Assembly: GCA_035702755.1 (NCBI GenBank)
Contig: DASSZQ010000331.1
Span: forward strand, 478 to 64,477
Direction of reading: 5' to 3'
DNA: 64,000 bases
DNA from: Solirubrobacteraceae bacterium
GTDB lineage: Bacteria; Actinomycetota; Thermoleophilia; Solirubrobacterales; Solirubrobacteraceae
Both the position numbers and the translations under genes were made by a program. The notes beneath the pieces are model-generated. The model saw only the letters and a list, made by a program, of their open reading frames with translations, was not told the DNA's origin and ran no database searches. Below are positions 25,186 through 32,899 of the stretch, in pieces. Numbering within the stretch: position 1 is the stretch's first letter; each line of letters starts with the position of its first letter.

Positions 25186-26685
25186 TTACAGAGTGTAGGC
25201 CTCATGATGCACCGCCTCGGCGGGAACGCCCATGCTGCGCACGAGGGCGACGACGTGGTGCACAAACCCTTCACGGCCGCACAGGTACACGTCGCGCTCA
25301 AGGATCCCCGGGACCATGCGCTTGAGCGTCCGCGCATCGAATTGGACCGCGTCCCGCGCGCCGACGACCACGTGGAGCTTGCCGCCGCGCTGGCGCGTGA
25401 GCTCGGCGAGCTCCTCTGACAGGGCGGCGTCCTCGGCGCGGGAGACGCGCAGGATGACAATGGGCCGCGTCGACCGCGGCAGGTCCTCAAGCAGGCCGCG
25501 CATCGCCGTCACGCCGATCCCGCCCGCAATCAGCACGGCGCGCTCGCGACGACGGGCATCCGCGGTGAACGCCCCGTAGGGGCCCTCGATGATGACGCGG
25601 GTGCCCGGCTTGAGCAGCGCGAGACCGCCGGAATGATCGCCGAGGTTCTTGACCGTCAGCCGCAGATGCCGGGCCGTGGGCCGCGCCGACAGCGAATACG
25701 GATGGGCCTGCCACCAGATCCCGCGCTGCAGAAAGCGCCAGCACATGAACTGCCCGCCGGCGGCCGGCAGGCGGTCAAGCGCGCGGCCTTCGCACAGGAT
25801 CGACACCACGTCATTCGCCTCCGGGCGGACCTCCACGACGCGGGGACGGTGGCGCAGGGTGCGGTACACGGGAAACCCGAAGCGAAACACGATCACGACG
25901 CCGGCGGTCGCCGCCCACACGACCGACCACACCGCCTGGGTGACCGGGTGCTCGACGAACGAGGGTCCCAGGGCGATGACGTGGGAGAACGAGAGGGCGA
26001 GGGCCAGGTACATGGAGAGGTGAATCGTCCACCACGTTTCCCGCCGCAGACGGCGCCGGATGGCTCGGATCGAGACGATCCCGGCGGCGGCCATCAGTCC
26101 GAGCGCCACGGTCGCGGTCAGCACCCCGGGATACCCGCTGAGCAGCGAGCTGAGCTCATGTCCGACCCCGGTCTTCGCCGTCTGCGCGTAGCCGATCGTG
26201 ACAAACACGGCGTGCAGGCCGATCAACGTCAGCGGCCACGGCGACAACCACTTGTGCCAGCGCAGCAGGCCATCGAGGCCGAGCACCCGCTCGATCACCG
26301 GGATCCGCCCGGCGAGCAGCACCATGACCAACGCCAGGTACATGCCCACCAGGCCGGTGATGCTGCCGACAAACGTCGCCACGCCGCCCCGCGCCACCAG
26401 CTCGGCGTGCGTCTCGGCGGTGATCGCCAGCCCGGTGGTCGCGCCGAGCCCCAGCCCCACCACCACGAGCGCCACGTCCGGGACCCAGCGCCGACGCCGG
26501 CGGCCGTCCTCCGAGGGGGGGCCCTGCGGCTGGGCTCTCAGGCCTGAGAGCGGGTCAGCGGTCAGCGACACGGCGCGTCCATCATCATCATTCAACGCGG
26601 GGGAACCGAGCGTACGAGCACGCGGGCCTAAGCCGCCCATCCCTGGAGCATGGCGACAGCGTGGTGCCGGAGGCTCAAGCCACAC
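25186..26685 (-). CDS. NOX-like ferric reductase (transmembrane ferric-reductase domain fused to FAD- and NAD(P)-binding domains)
   Basis: A multi-helix N-terminal half with conserved His-containing helices is followed by HPYSLSA (RxYS-type FAD motif) and VLIAGGIGVTAM (NAD(P)-binding GGxGxxP-like). The start is uncertain: GTG 26685 or ATG 26640. Confidence 0.8.
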   Translation of the reverse strand: MWLEPPAPRCRHAPGMGGLGPRARTLGSPALNDDDGRAVSLTADPLSGLRAQPQGPPSEDGRRRRRWVPDVALVVVGLGLGATTGLAITAETHAELVARGGVATFVGSITGLVGMYLALVMVLLAGRIPVIERVLGLDGLLRWHKWLSPWPLTLIGLHAVFVTIGYAQTAKTGVGHELSSLLSGYPGVLTATVALGLMAAAGIVSIRAIRRRLRRETWWTIHLSMYLALALSFSHVIALGPSFVEHPVTQAVWSVVWAATAGVVIVFRFGFPVYRTLRHRPRVVEVRPEANDVVSILCEGRALDRLPAAGGQFMCWRFLQRGIWWQAHPYSLSARPTARHLRLTVKNLGDHSGGLALLKPGTRVIIEGPYGAFTADARRRERAVLIAGGIGVTAMRGLLEDLPRSTRPIVILRVSRAEDAALSEELAELTRQRGGKLHVVVGARDAVQFDARTLKRMVPGILERDVYLCGREGFVHHVVALVRSMGVPAEAVHHEAYTL

Positions 26686-26718
26686 TTAGGGATATATGAG
26701 GGGATGTATAGAACCGGC

Positions 26719-26738
26719 CTCGTCCGGCCGGGGACGAG
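26719..26738 (-). terminator. Stem-loop downstream of the glycine-rich protein gene
   Basis: CTCGTCC-GGCCGG-GGACGAG forms a 7-bp stem. It starts 7 nt past the stop at 26745 and is followed on the minus strand by an unusually AT-rich stretch (26686-26712). Confidence 0.45.
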
Positions 26739-26744
26739 CGGTCG

Positions 26745-28649
26745 CTACCGGCGCGTCCGGGCCGGCGCGGTCAGCGTCAGCGTGAAGCTGGCCACGGTTG
26801 CCCTCTGGCCGGCCGGCTGCTGGAGCGTCAGGGTGTCGTGGGTGACGAGCTTATGGAGCCGCGTGAGCAGATGCCTGCCCGGACGGTTCAACGCCACCCT
26901 GATCGTCTCTGTATGGCCCGGGGTGATCGCGTAGCGCGCGCGGCCGAGCATCAGCGTCCGCCGAGGCCGTCCCGTCTTGCCGGGCCGTTTGGCGCGGGCC
27001 CTCCCGGCGGTGTAGCCCAGCCTGATGCCTCCCGTACACGGCCGCCCGTCCGACGCGCACGCCAGCCTGACCCACACCGCCCCGGCGGCAAAGTGGGCGC
27101 TTCTGATGCTCAGCCGCGCGCTCCGGTCCGAGCCGGCCGGCGCCTGCACGACGGCCGTGGGGGCGGAGGCCAGCGGTGCGCTGGTGCCGTACGCGTTGGT
27201 GGCCGTCTCCTGCACCCGCAGCGTGGAGCCAATGTCGGCGGCGACCGGCGTGTACGTCTGGTTCACGGCACCGGCGATCGGTCGGCATGACCCGCCCGAG
27301 GCGTCGCAGCGCTCCCACGCGTCGGCGTAGCCGGTGATCGGCCCGCCACTCCACGGGGCATGGGTCTCGACGAGCAGGTGGCCCGGCGTGGCGGTGCCCG
27401 CGATCGTGGGCGGATCAATCGTCGTCGGCGCCGTGCCGCGGACCAGACCGGTGGCCGCCGAGACCGCGGCCGTGCTCGCCGGGCCGTAGAAGTTTGCCGC
27501 CGTCTCCTGCACCCGTAGCGTGTGGCCGATGTCGGCCGAGACCAGACGGTATGTCTGCCCGGTCGCGCCCCCAATCGCCGCACATGATCCCCCGCCGGCG
27601 TCGCAGCGCTCCCACTGGTAGGCGTACGCGGACAGCGGCAGGCTGCTTGACCATGGCGCGTGGCTCTCGGCCTGCACGTCGCCGACCGTCAACCCGCCGT
27701 CGGTCGTCGGCGGCGCCGCGACGGCGGGCACCGGCGCGGTGATCATCACCTCGGCCGGGTCGCTGCTGTCGGTCGCGATCTGCACGTTCTGCCCGCTCGG
27801 AGCGCCGCTTGAGCCACCGCCGCCGGCACCCGCATGCTGGGTGGCCACCCCTCCAGACCGGTAGCACTGCGCGCCGCCACCGCCGCCGGTGAGGCCGCCA
27901 CCGCCGCCGCCGCTGATCGGCGTCCCGGCGACGATGAACGCGCCGTTGCCGCCCGCCCCGGAGGTACCGGGGTCGCCGTGCTCGCCGTCGACGTCACCTG
28001 CGCCCTGGCAGTAGAAGGTGATCGTGGCCTGATCTGCCGCCAGCCCCCCGGCGACGGTGGCCGCGCCGGCGCCGCTGGCCAGCCCGACGCCCGCGTTGCC
28101 CGAGCCGTCGGGGTTGCCGGCGTCACCGCCGTTGGCGTTGAAGTCGCTGTTGCCACCGCCGCCACCACCCCCGCCGGCGACGGCGAGACGGGAGCTCAGT
28201 GAGTTCGGCTGGTCGTTGGCGACGGTCCGGATGTCCGATGCGCCACCGCCGCCGAACGGCCCGTTGCCGCCACCGTTGAAGCCGCCCGCCGCCGTGTACG
28301 GCACCGAGGGAGGACTGGCCGAGATGCCATCCCCGCCGACCTCAACGTACAGCGTCGTGATCCCCGCCGGTACCGGGATATCCCCGGTCAGCCGGGCACC
28401 ATGGCCCCCGGTGGCGTTCAGATCAGGGACGGTCTCAGAGGCTCCGGTGGCGCCGACAAGCACCACATGCAGGCCGGTGATCCCGGCGGGGACGGTGTAG
28501 GTCTGCTGGGCGCCGGTGTAGGTGAAGGTGTCCCCCAGCGCGGGTCCGGCGGCCACCACCCCCGACGCCGCCGACGCCGTCAGACCGGCAACCGTCACCC
28601 CCAGTACGGAGACTCCCCAGTTCCGCGTCGGCAGGGAGATGCGCAGCAC
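26745..28649 (-). CDS. Secreted glycine-rich domain protein with two tandem Ig-like repeats
   Basis: 634 aa. After a signal-like N-terminus comes FTYTGAQQTYTVPAGITGLHVVLVGATG...GGHGARLTGDIPVPAGITTLYVEVGGDG (glycine-rich domain family pattern) and long Gly runs. Two repeats of about 95 aa follow (...YAYQWERCDAGGGSCAAIGGATGQTYRLVSADIGHTLRVQETAANFYG / ...YADAWERCDASGGSCRPIAGAVNQTYTPVAADIGSTLRVQETATNAYG). The C-terminus is basic. Confidence 0.75.
   Translation of the reverse strand: MLRISLPTRNWGVSVLGVTVAGLTASAASGVVAAGPALGDTFTYTGAQQTYTVPAGITGLHVVLVGATGASETVPDLNATGGHGARLTGDIPVPAGITTLYVEVGGDGISASPPSVPYTAAGGFNGGGNGPFGGGGASDIRTVANDQPNSLSSRLAVAGGGGGGGGNSDFNANGGDAGNPDGSGNAGVGLASGAGAATVAGGLAADQATITFYCQGAGDVDGEHGDPGTSGAGGNGAFIVAGTPISGGGGGGLTGGGGGAQCYRSGGVATQHAGAGGGGSSGAPSGQNVQIATDSSDPAEVMITAPVPAVAAPPTTDGGLTVGDVQAESHAPWSSSLPLSAYAYQWERCDAGGGSCAAIGGATGQTYRLVSADIGHTLRVQETAANFYGPASTAAVSAATGLVRGTAPTTIDPPTIAGTATPGHLLVETHAPWSGGPITGYADAWERCDASGGSCRPIAGAVNQTYTPVAADIGSTLRVQETATNAYGTSAPLASAPTAVVQAPAGSDRSARLSIRSAHFAAGAVWVRLACASDGRPCTGGIRLGYTAGRARAKRPGKTGRPRRTLMLGRARYAITPGHTETIRVALNRPGRHLLTRLHKLVTHDTLTLQQPAGQRATVASFTLTLTAPARTRR
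27150..27716 (-). repeat. Coding tandem duplication (2 x about 95 aa Ig-like repeat) inside the glycine-rich protein gene
   Basis: The two repeat units aligned by eye share the W-ERCD-GGSC---G-Q-TY--V-ADIG-TLRVQETA-N-YG skeleton. Confidence 0.75.
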
Positions 28650-28658
28650 GTCTGACGC

Positions 28659-29465
28659 CTAGGGGCGAAGTACGGCCGCCAGGTATTCGGCGGGGGCCAG
28701 GAACGTGTCGTGGGCGCCGGTGTCATGGGCCTCGGCGATCTCGACCAGGCGGGCGCGCAGGGGCTCCCATTCCCCCCGCGCCTGGAGCATCGCGCGGGCC
28801 CGGACCAGGGGACCATAGGCGGTGGCCATGTAGTCCACCCAGTCACCGGGCGACGCCGCCGCCATCGCCACGTGCTCGCGCTGGAAGGCGGGGTCCGGCC
28901 CATCGGCGAACAGGGCGCCCAGCTTCTGCTCAGAACCCCAGTCAAGCGGTGAGCGGCCCTTCCCGGCAGCGCCGGTCGCCTTGCCGACGGCGGCGAGCAC
29001 CTGGCCGATGAAGCCCTCCGGTGTCCAGGCGATCAGCGCGATCTGGCCGCCGGGACGGCAGACGCGGACGAGCTCTGAGGCGGCGGCCTGATGGTCGGCG
29101 CAGAACTGCACGCCGACGCAGGACAGCACCCGGTCAAAGCTCTCATCCGGGAACGGCAGCGATTGGGCATCGCCGTGGACCCATTCGACGTCCAGACCGG
29201 CCGCGCTGGCGCGTGCGGAGCCGACCTCCAGCAGAGCCGGGGTGATGTCCAGGGCGGTGACGGTCGCGCCCGCCGCCGCGGCGGGCAGGGCGGCGTTGCC
29301 GGATCCGGCGGCCACGTCGATCACGGCATCGCCGGGCCGGACGCCGGCCAGCTCGACCAGGCGCGCGCCGAGCCGGGGGATCATCCGGTCGCACACGTCG
29401 GCGTAGTCGCCGGCCGACCACACCTCCGCCGGCGCGGGGAGTGTCTGATTGGGAGTAACGCTCAT
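28659..29465 (-). CDS. Class I SAM-dependent methyltransferase
   Basis: From ATG 29465. Motif I is VIDVAAGSGNAAL, followed by DAQSLPFPDESFDRVLSCVG and CRPGGQIAL. Confidence 0.8.
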   Translation of the reverse strand: MSVTPNQTLPAPAEVWSAGDYADVCDRMIPRLGARLVELAGVRPGDAVIDVAAGSGNAALPAAAAGATVTALDITPALLEVGSARASAAGLDVEWVHGDAQSLPFPDESFDRVLSCVGVQFCADHQAAASELVRVCRPGGQIALIAWTPEGFIGQVLAAVGKATGAAGKGRSPLDWGSEQKLGALFADGPDPAFQREHVAMAAASPGDWVDYMATAYGPLVRARAMLQARGEWEPLRARLVEIAEAHDTGAHDTFLAPAEYLAAVLRP

Positions 29466-29536
29466 GGGCGGAGCGTCGCGCCGCTGCCGACCGGCCTCAA
29501 GTAGCAATTTGCAACCGCGCCGGATACGGTGCGCGC

Positions 29537-30211
29537 ATGGAGAGCTACGGGCAGTTCTGCCCCGTCTCGCTGGCGGCGGAGATCTTCGCCCGCCGCTGGA
29601 CGCCGCTGATCATCCGCGAGCTGCTGTCCGGCAGCACGCGCTTCAACGACCTGCGCCGCGGCATCCCCAGCATCTCCGCCAGCGTCCTGTCCCGCCGCCT
29701 GGATGAACTGGCGATCGCCGGGATCATCGAGCGGCGCGAGGACGAGGACGGCATGCGGTACGTCCTCACCGCGGCGGGCAACGAGCTGCGGCCGGTGGTG
29801 GAGCAGCTGGGGGTGTGGGGCCGCCGCTGGCTCCCCACCGACTATCGCGACGAGGATCTCGACCCGCGCCTGCTTGTGTGGGACATCCACCGCAATCTCC
29901 GCCTCGACGAGGTCCCCAGGCGCACCGTCATCGAGCTGCACTTTCCCGACGCGCCCAGCGAGTACCGCGCGTATTGGCTGATCGTCACTCCGGACGGCGC
30001 CGAGGTCTGCCTCACCCACCCCGGCGGCGACATCGACCTGCACCTCAGCAGCGACGTGCGCACGCTCACCAACATCTGGATGGGAAATGTCACCTGGGAT
30101 GCCGCGCTGCGTACGGGCAGCCTGAGGCTTGTGGGGCACAGCGAGGTGCAGCGCGCGCTTCCCCGCTGGCTCAAGCTCAACCTGTTTGCCTCAATCAGAC
30201 CCGCCGCTTAA
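29537..30211 (+). CDS. HxlR-family winged-helix regulator with a C-terminal extension
   Basis: The N-terminus CPVSLAAEIFARRWTPLIIRELLSGSTRFNDLRRGIPSISASVLSRRLDELAIAGIIER is the HxlR signature. It is divergent from the methyltransferase gene. Confidence 0.8.
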   Translation: MESYGQFCPVSLAAEIFARRWTPLIIRELLSGSTRFNDLRRGIPSISASVLSRRLDELAIAGIIERREDEDGMRYVLTAAGNELRPVVEQLGVWGRRWLPTDYRDEDLDPRLLVWDIHRNLRLDEVPRRTVIELHFPDAPSEYRAYWLIVTPDGAEVCLTHPGGDIDLHLSSDVRTLTNIWMGNVTWDAALRTGSLRLVGHSEVQRALPRWLKLNLFASIRPAA

Positions 30212-30255
30212 CTGAAAAGCGGCGCAGCGTTCCTCCGGCTGCGATACTGGCGGCG

Positions 30256-31647
30256 ATGAGCGGTGGACGGGGCAGGGGGCGGAGGTCCGCGACGGTACTC
30301 GCGTCGCTTGCCGCGGGATGCCTGGCGCTGGGTTCAGGCGCGCTGGCCGCCCCGGCGGCGGCGCAGGCCGCCGCGCCCGGCGATCTGTGGACCTACGGGA
30401 CCGCCGGCACCGGCGACACCGGGCAGCAGGTCATGCCCCAGACGAGCCCCAGCATCACCGGCCTGGCCTCCGGCGGGTTTGAGATCGCCACTCAGGAGCC
30501 CGGCACGTCGGTCTCGATCGCCGGCGACGACGGCAGCGGCCCGCTTCATCTGGGGATGGCGTCCGGCACCAGCCCGTCGATCGCCGGCTTGCCGGGCGGC
30601 GGCTGGGAGATCGCGTTTCAGGCCAACACCACCGACCTGTGGGTGACCGGCAGCGACGGCACCAAGGACTGGCGCCTGGGCATGATGCCGGGCAGCAGCC
30701 CGGCCATCGCCGGGCTCGCCAACGGCGGTTACGAGGCGGCCTTCGAAGCGAACACCACCTCGCTGTGGACCGCCGGGACCGCGGATGAGACCAATCACTC
30801 CCTCGGCATGGCCCGCGGTACCAGCCCGGCGATCACCCGGCTGGGCTCCGGCTATGAGACGACGTTTCAGGCCAACACCACCGACCTGTGGACCGATGGT
30901 TCAGGAGGGGGAAGCGATCTGAAGCTGGGGATGGACTCCGGGACCTCTCCGTCGGTGGCCGACCTGGCCACCGGCGGCTTCCAGTCGGCGTTTGAGGCGA
31001 ACACCACCGATCTGTGGACGACCGGCTCGGCGGGGACCACCGACACCCACCTGGGGATGGCGCCGGGCACCAGTCCCAGCATCACCGGCCTCGCCCACGG
31101 CGGCTTTGAGGCCGCCTTCCAGGCCAATACGGGCGTGCTGTGGCTGTACGGCTCGGCGGGCACCATCAACACCGGAATGGCCATGGCGCCGGGCACCAGC
31201 CCCAGCATCGCCGGCCTGAGCGGAGGCGGCTACGAGGTCGCCTTCCAGGCCAAGCCGCCGCCGCCGGCACCGGTGGTCGCGGCTCCGGTGGCCTCCCCCG
31301 TGCCGCTTCCGCCGGCCCCGGTGGGAGCGAGGCGGCCGCTGCGGGTCAAGGTGACGCTGAAATGGACCTGGAATCACGCGCACACGCGCCTGATGGGTCT
31401 GCGGCTCGGACGCCGCCCCCATGACACCACGGTCCGACTCACCTGCCGCGGCCGCGGGTGCCCCCGCGTCAGCGCCCGGGCCGCCGGCCGGCGGGGGATG
31501 GCGCGGCTTGAGCGCTCGGTGCGCCGAGCGCGCTATCGCGCCGGCGACCACATCTTCCTGACGCTCCGGGCCGCCCGGTACACGCCGGAGCGGATTGAGA
31601 TCGCCATCCGCAACGGCCGGCTTCCCGCGGTGCGCCTGCTGAGATGA
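30256..31647 (+). CDS. Secreted protein with seven tandem repeats of about 42 aa (propeller-like) and a basic Cys-containing C-terminal domain
   Basis: ATG 30256. Signal peptide ...LASLAAGCLALGSGALAAPAAAQA. Seven units have the skeleton LW--G--G-----LGM--GTSPSI-GL--GG-E-AFQANT. A PPPPAP linker follows, then a 120-aa Arg-rich domain with CRGRGC. Confidence 0.75.
   Translation: MSGGRGRGRRSATVLASLAAGCLALGSGALAAPAAAQAAAPGDLWTYGTAGTGDTGQQVMPQTSPSITGLASGGFEIATQEPGTSVSIAGDDGSGPLHLGMASGTSPSIAGLPGGGWEIAFQANTTDLWVTGSDGTKDWRLGMMPGSSPAIAGLANGGYEAAFEANTTSLWTAGTADETNHSLGMARGTSPAITRLGSGYETTFQANTTDLWTDGSGGGSDLKLGMDSGTSPSVADLATGGFQSAFEANTTDLWTTGSAGTTDTHLGMAPGTSPSITGLAHGGFEAAFQANTGVLWLYGSAGTINTGMAMAPGTSPSIAGLSGGGYEVAFQAKPPPPAPVVAAPVASPVPLPPAPVGARRPLRVKVTLKWTWNHAHTRLMGLRLGRRPHDTTVRLTCRGRGCPRVSARAAGRRGMARLERSVRRARYRAGDHIFLTLRAARYTPERIEIAIRNGRLPAVRLLR
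30382..31251 (+). repeat. Coding tandem repeat array, 7 units of about 126 nt
   Basis: Example: TTTCAGGCCAACACCACCGACCTGTGG recurs exactly at about 30616 and about 30865. The unit lengths are 43, 42, 42, 41, 42, 42 and 38 aa. Confidence 0.8.
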
Positions 31648-31654
31648 CCGCCCA

Positions 31655-31930
31655 GACCCGCGCCGGTGCGCGCGGGGCGGTATTGATCTCCGGAGCGGTC
31701 GCCCCGTCGAAGTTCGGCGGGGCGTGGCCCCGCGAGGTTCCGGTGCAGATCCACATGATGGAGACCGACCCGGTTGTGGTGGAGGAGGCGATCTCGATGT
31801 CGCGCTCACCCGCGGCACGCTGAGGCCTGGGACCGGCGCACACCGGGATTGCCCCGTGCGCCGGCGCCTACCGGGTCGCCGACCCGGACCCGCCGCTCGC
31901 CGGGTGTGCTCACCCGGGCGCTCGTGGCCT
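31655..31930 (+). pseudogene. Frameshifted C-terminal remnant of a dienelactone-hydrolase-family protein
   Basis: GAVLISGAVAPSKFGGAWPREVPVQIHMMETDPVVVEE is followed in other frames by GDLDVA, RPGTGAH and YRVADPD. This resembles the C-terminal third of actinobacterial DLH-family proteins (...WP-GVPVQIH-M--DP-V-EGDLD-A...YPG--HLFAD). The N-terminal part is absent. Confidence 0.45.
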
Positions 31931-31946
31931 AACCGGTCCAGAGAAT

Positions 31947-32068
31947 GCGTCGAGATGGCAGCCGGCTTGTGCGAAATTCACCCGCACGCGGCCGGATCTC
32001 GAACGAAGTGGCTGCTATGCGGAACTTTCCGCCGAGATCCGGGGACCGCCTGACGATTTCGAACACAG
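31947..32068 (-). repeat. Dispersed TIR-bearing intergenic element, copy 3 (best preserved)
   Basis: The minus strand reads GGAGCAGCCACTGTG-TTCGAAATCG...GGATCTCGG...AGCAGCCACTTCG-TTCGAGATCCGGCC...GAATTTCGCACAAGCCGGCTGC. The last 22 nt are the inverted complement of a box (GCAGCCGGCTTGTGCGAAATTC). Confidence 0.8.
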
Positions 32069-32164
32069 TGGCTGCTCCGGATGCGGCGGCGAGAGGACGA
32101 CACGCGCTTCGATGGACGGAAGCCCACCAGATTGGGGGGGCGGGCGGCATCCGGTGGCCGCCGC

Positions 32165-32899
32165 TCAACGGACGCGCACCCGCCGGGCGTGCAGCGCGGC
32201 GTAGATCGGACGGCAGGCCTCGGCGACGGCCTGGTCGTGCTCGGAGAGAGTGGTGTCGCGGGAGAGCACGGGTTGGAATCCCGTGGAGGCCCAGACGGCG
32301 GCGTACCAGTGCGGCGCCCACACCCCATCGGAGGGCCGCGGGCCCGGCGGCCAGGAGAGCATGCGGGTGGTGAACGGGATCCCCAGCCACTCACACAGCC
32401 AGCGCAGATGCGCCTCCGGAGCGCGCAGGAAATCGGCCGCGTCGAGGATCGGCACCTCGGTGCCGCGGTCGTCCCACAGGGCCATGAGCCACTCCTGCTG
32501 GGGCAGCCCAATGTCCTCCGGCTCGCAGGTGGCTCGCGAGCGCACGTAGGAGGCCACCACCTCGCCGGGGTCGCGAATGAGCAGCACGTTGCGGAAGCGC
32601 AGCGTCCACTCCAGGTCCATGTCGCGGGAGACGTGGTGGGCCATGTGCTTGGCGTAGTGGACCCGGCGGCCGGGCGGCAGCGGCGCCGACAGCTGAGCGA
32701 TGGCGGTGGCGAGGTCGGTCGGCTGGGAGGCGATGACCGCCTCGCGCGCGGGATGGTCGATGCCGGTGCGCTCAAGGTAGGCCGCGTACAGCGGCTCGTC
32801 GACGACGACGGTGTCCGGGCGGTTCTCAAACGCGCGCATCATCGCCGTGGAGATGTTGCGCGGGCCGGACCACATCGCCACCCGCACGGGGTCGCTCAT
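32165..32899 (-). CDS. Sulfotransferase-like P-loop protein
   Basis: From ATG 32899 it reads MSDPVRVAMWSGPRNISTAMMRAFENRPDTVVVDEPLYAAYL... The PSB-loop-like GPRNIST and the overall pattern resemble the sulfotransferase-like family found next to, or fused with, class IV aminotransferases. Its start overlaps the upstream stop (ATGA). Confidence 0.65.
   Translation of the reverse strand: MSDPVRVAMWSGPRNISTAMMRAFENRPDTVVVDEPLYAAYLERTGIDHPAREAVIASQPTDLATAIAQLSAPLPPGRRVHYAKHMAHHVSRDMDLEWTLRFRNVLLIRDPGEVVASYVRSRATCEPEDIGLPQQEWLMALWDDRGTEVPILDAADFLRAPEAHLRWLCEWLGIPFTTRMLSWPPGPRPSDGVWAPHWYAAVWASTGFQPVLSRDTTLSEHDQAVAEACRPIYAALHARRVRVR

Noticed and set aside
30382-31251. Regular ~126-nt DNA periodicity, examined as a possible CRISPR or satellite array
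   Set aside because: The repeats are contiguous without unique spacers, lie in one open reading frame with a signal peptide, and encode a conserved 42-aa protein repeat.
32120-32135. G7-8 homopolymer tracts (about 32125 and about 62030) as phase-variation switches
   Set aside because: Both are intergenic and not positioned between recognisable -35/-10 elements or inside a coding start. G runs are frequent in this GC-rich sequence.
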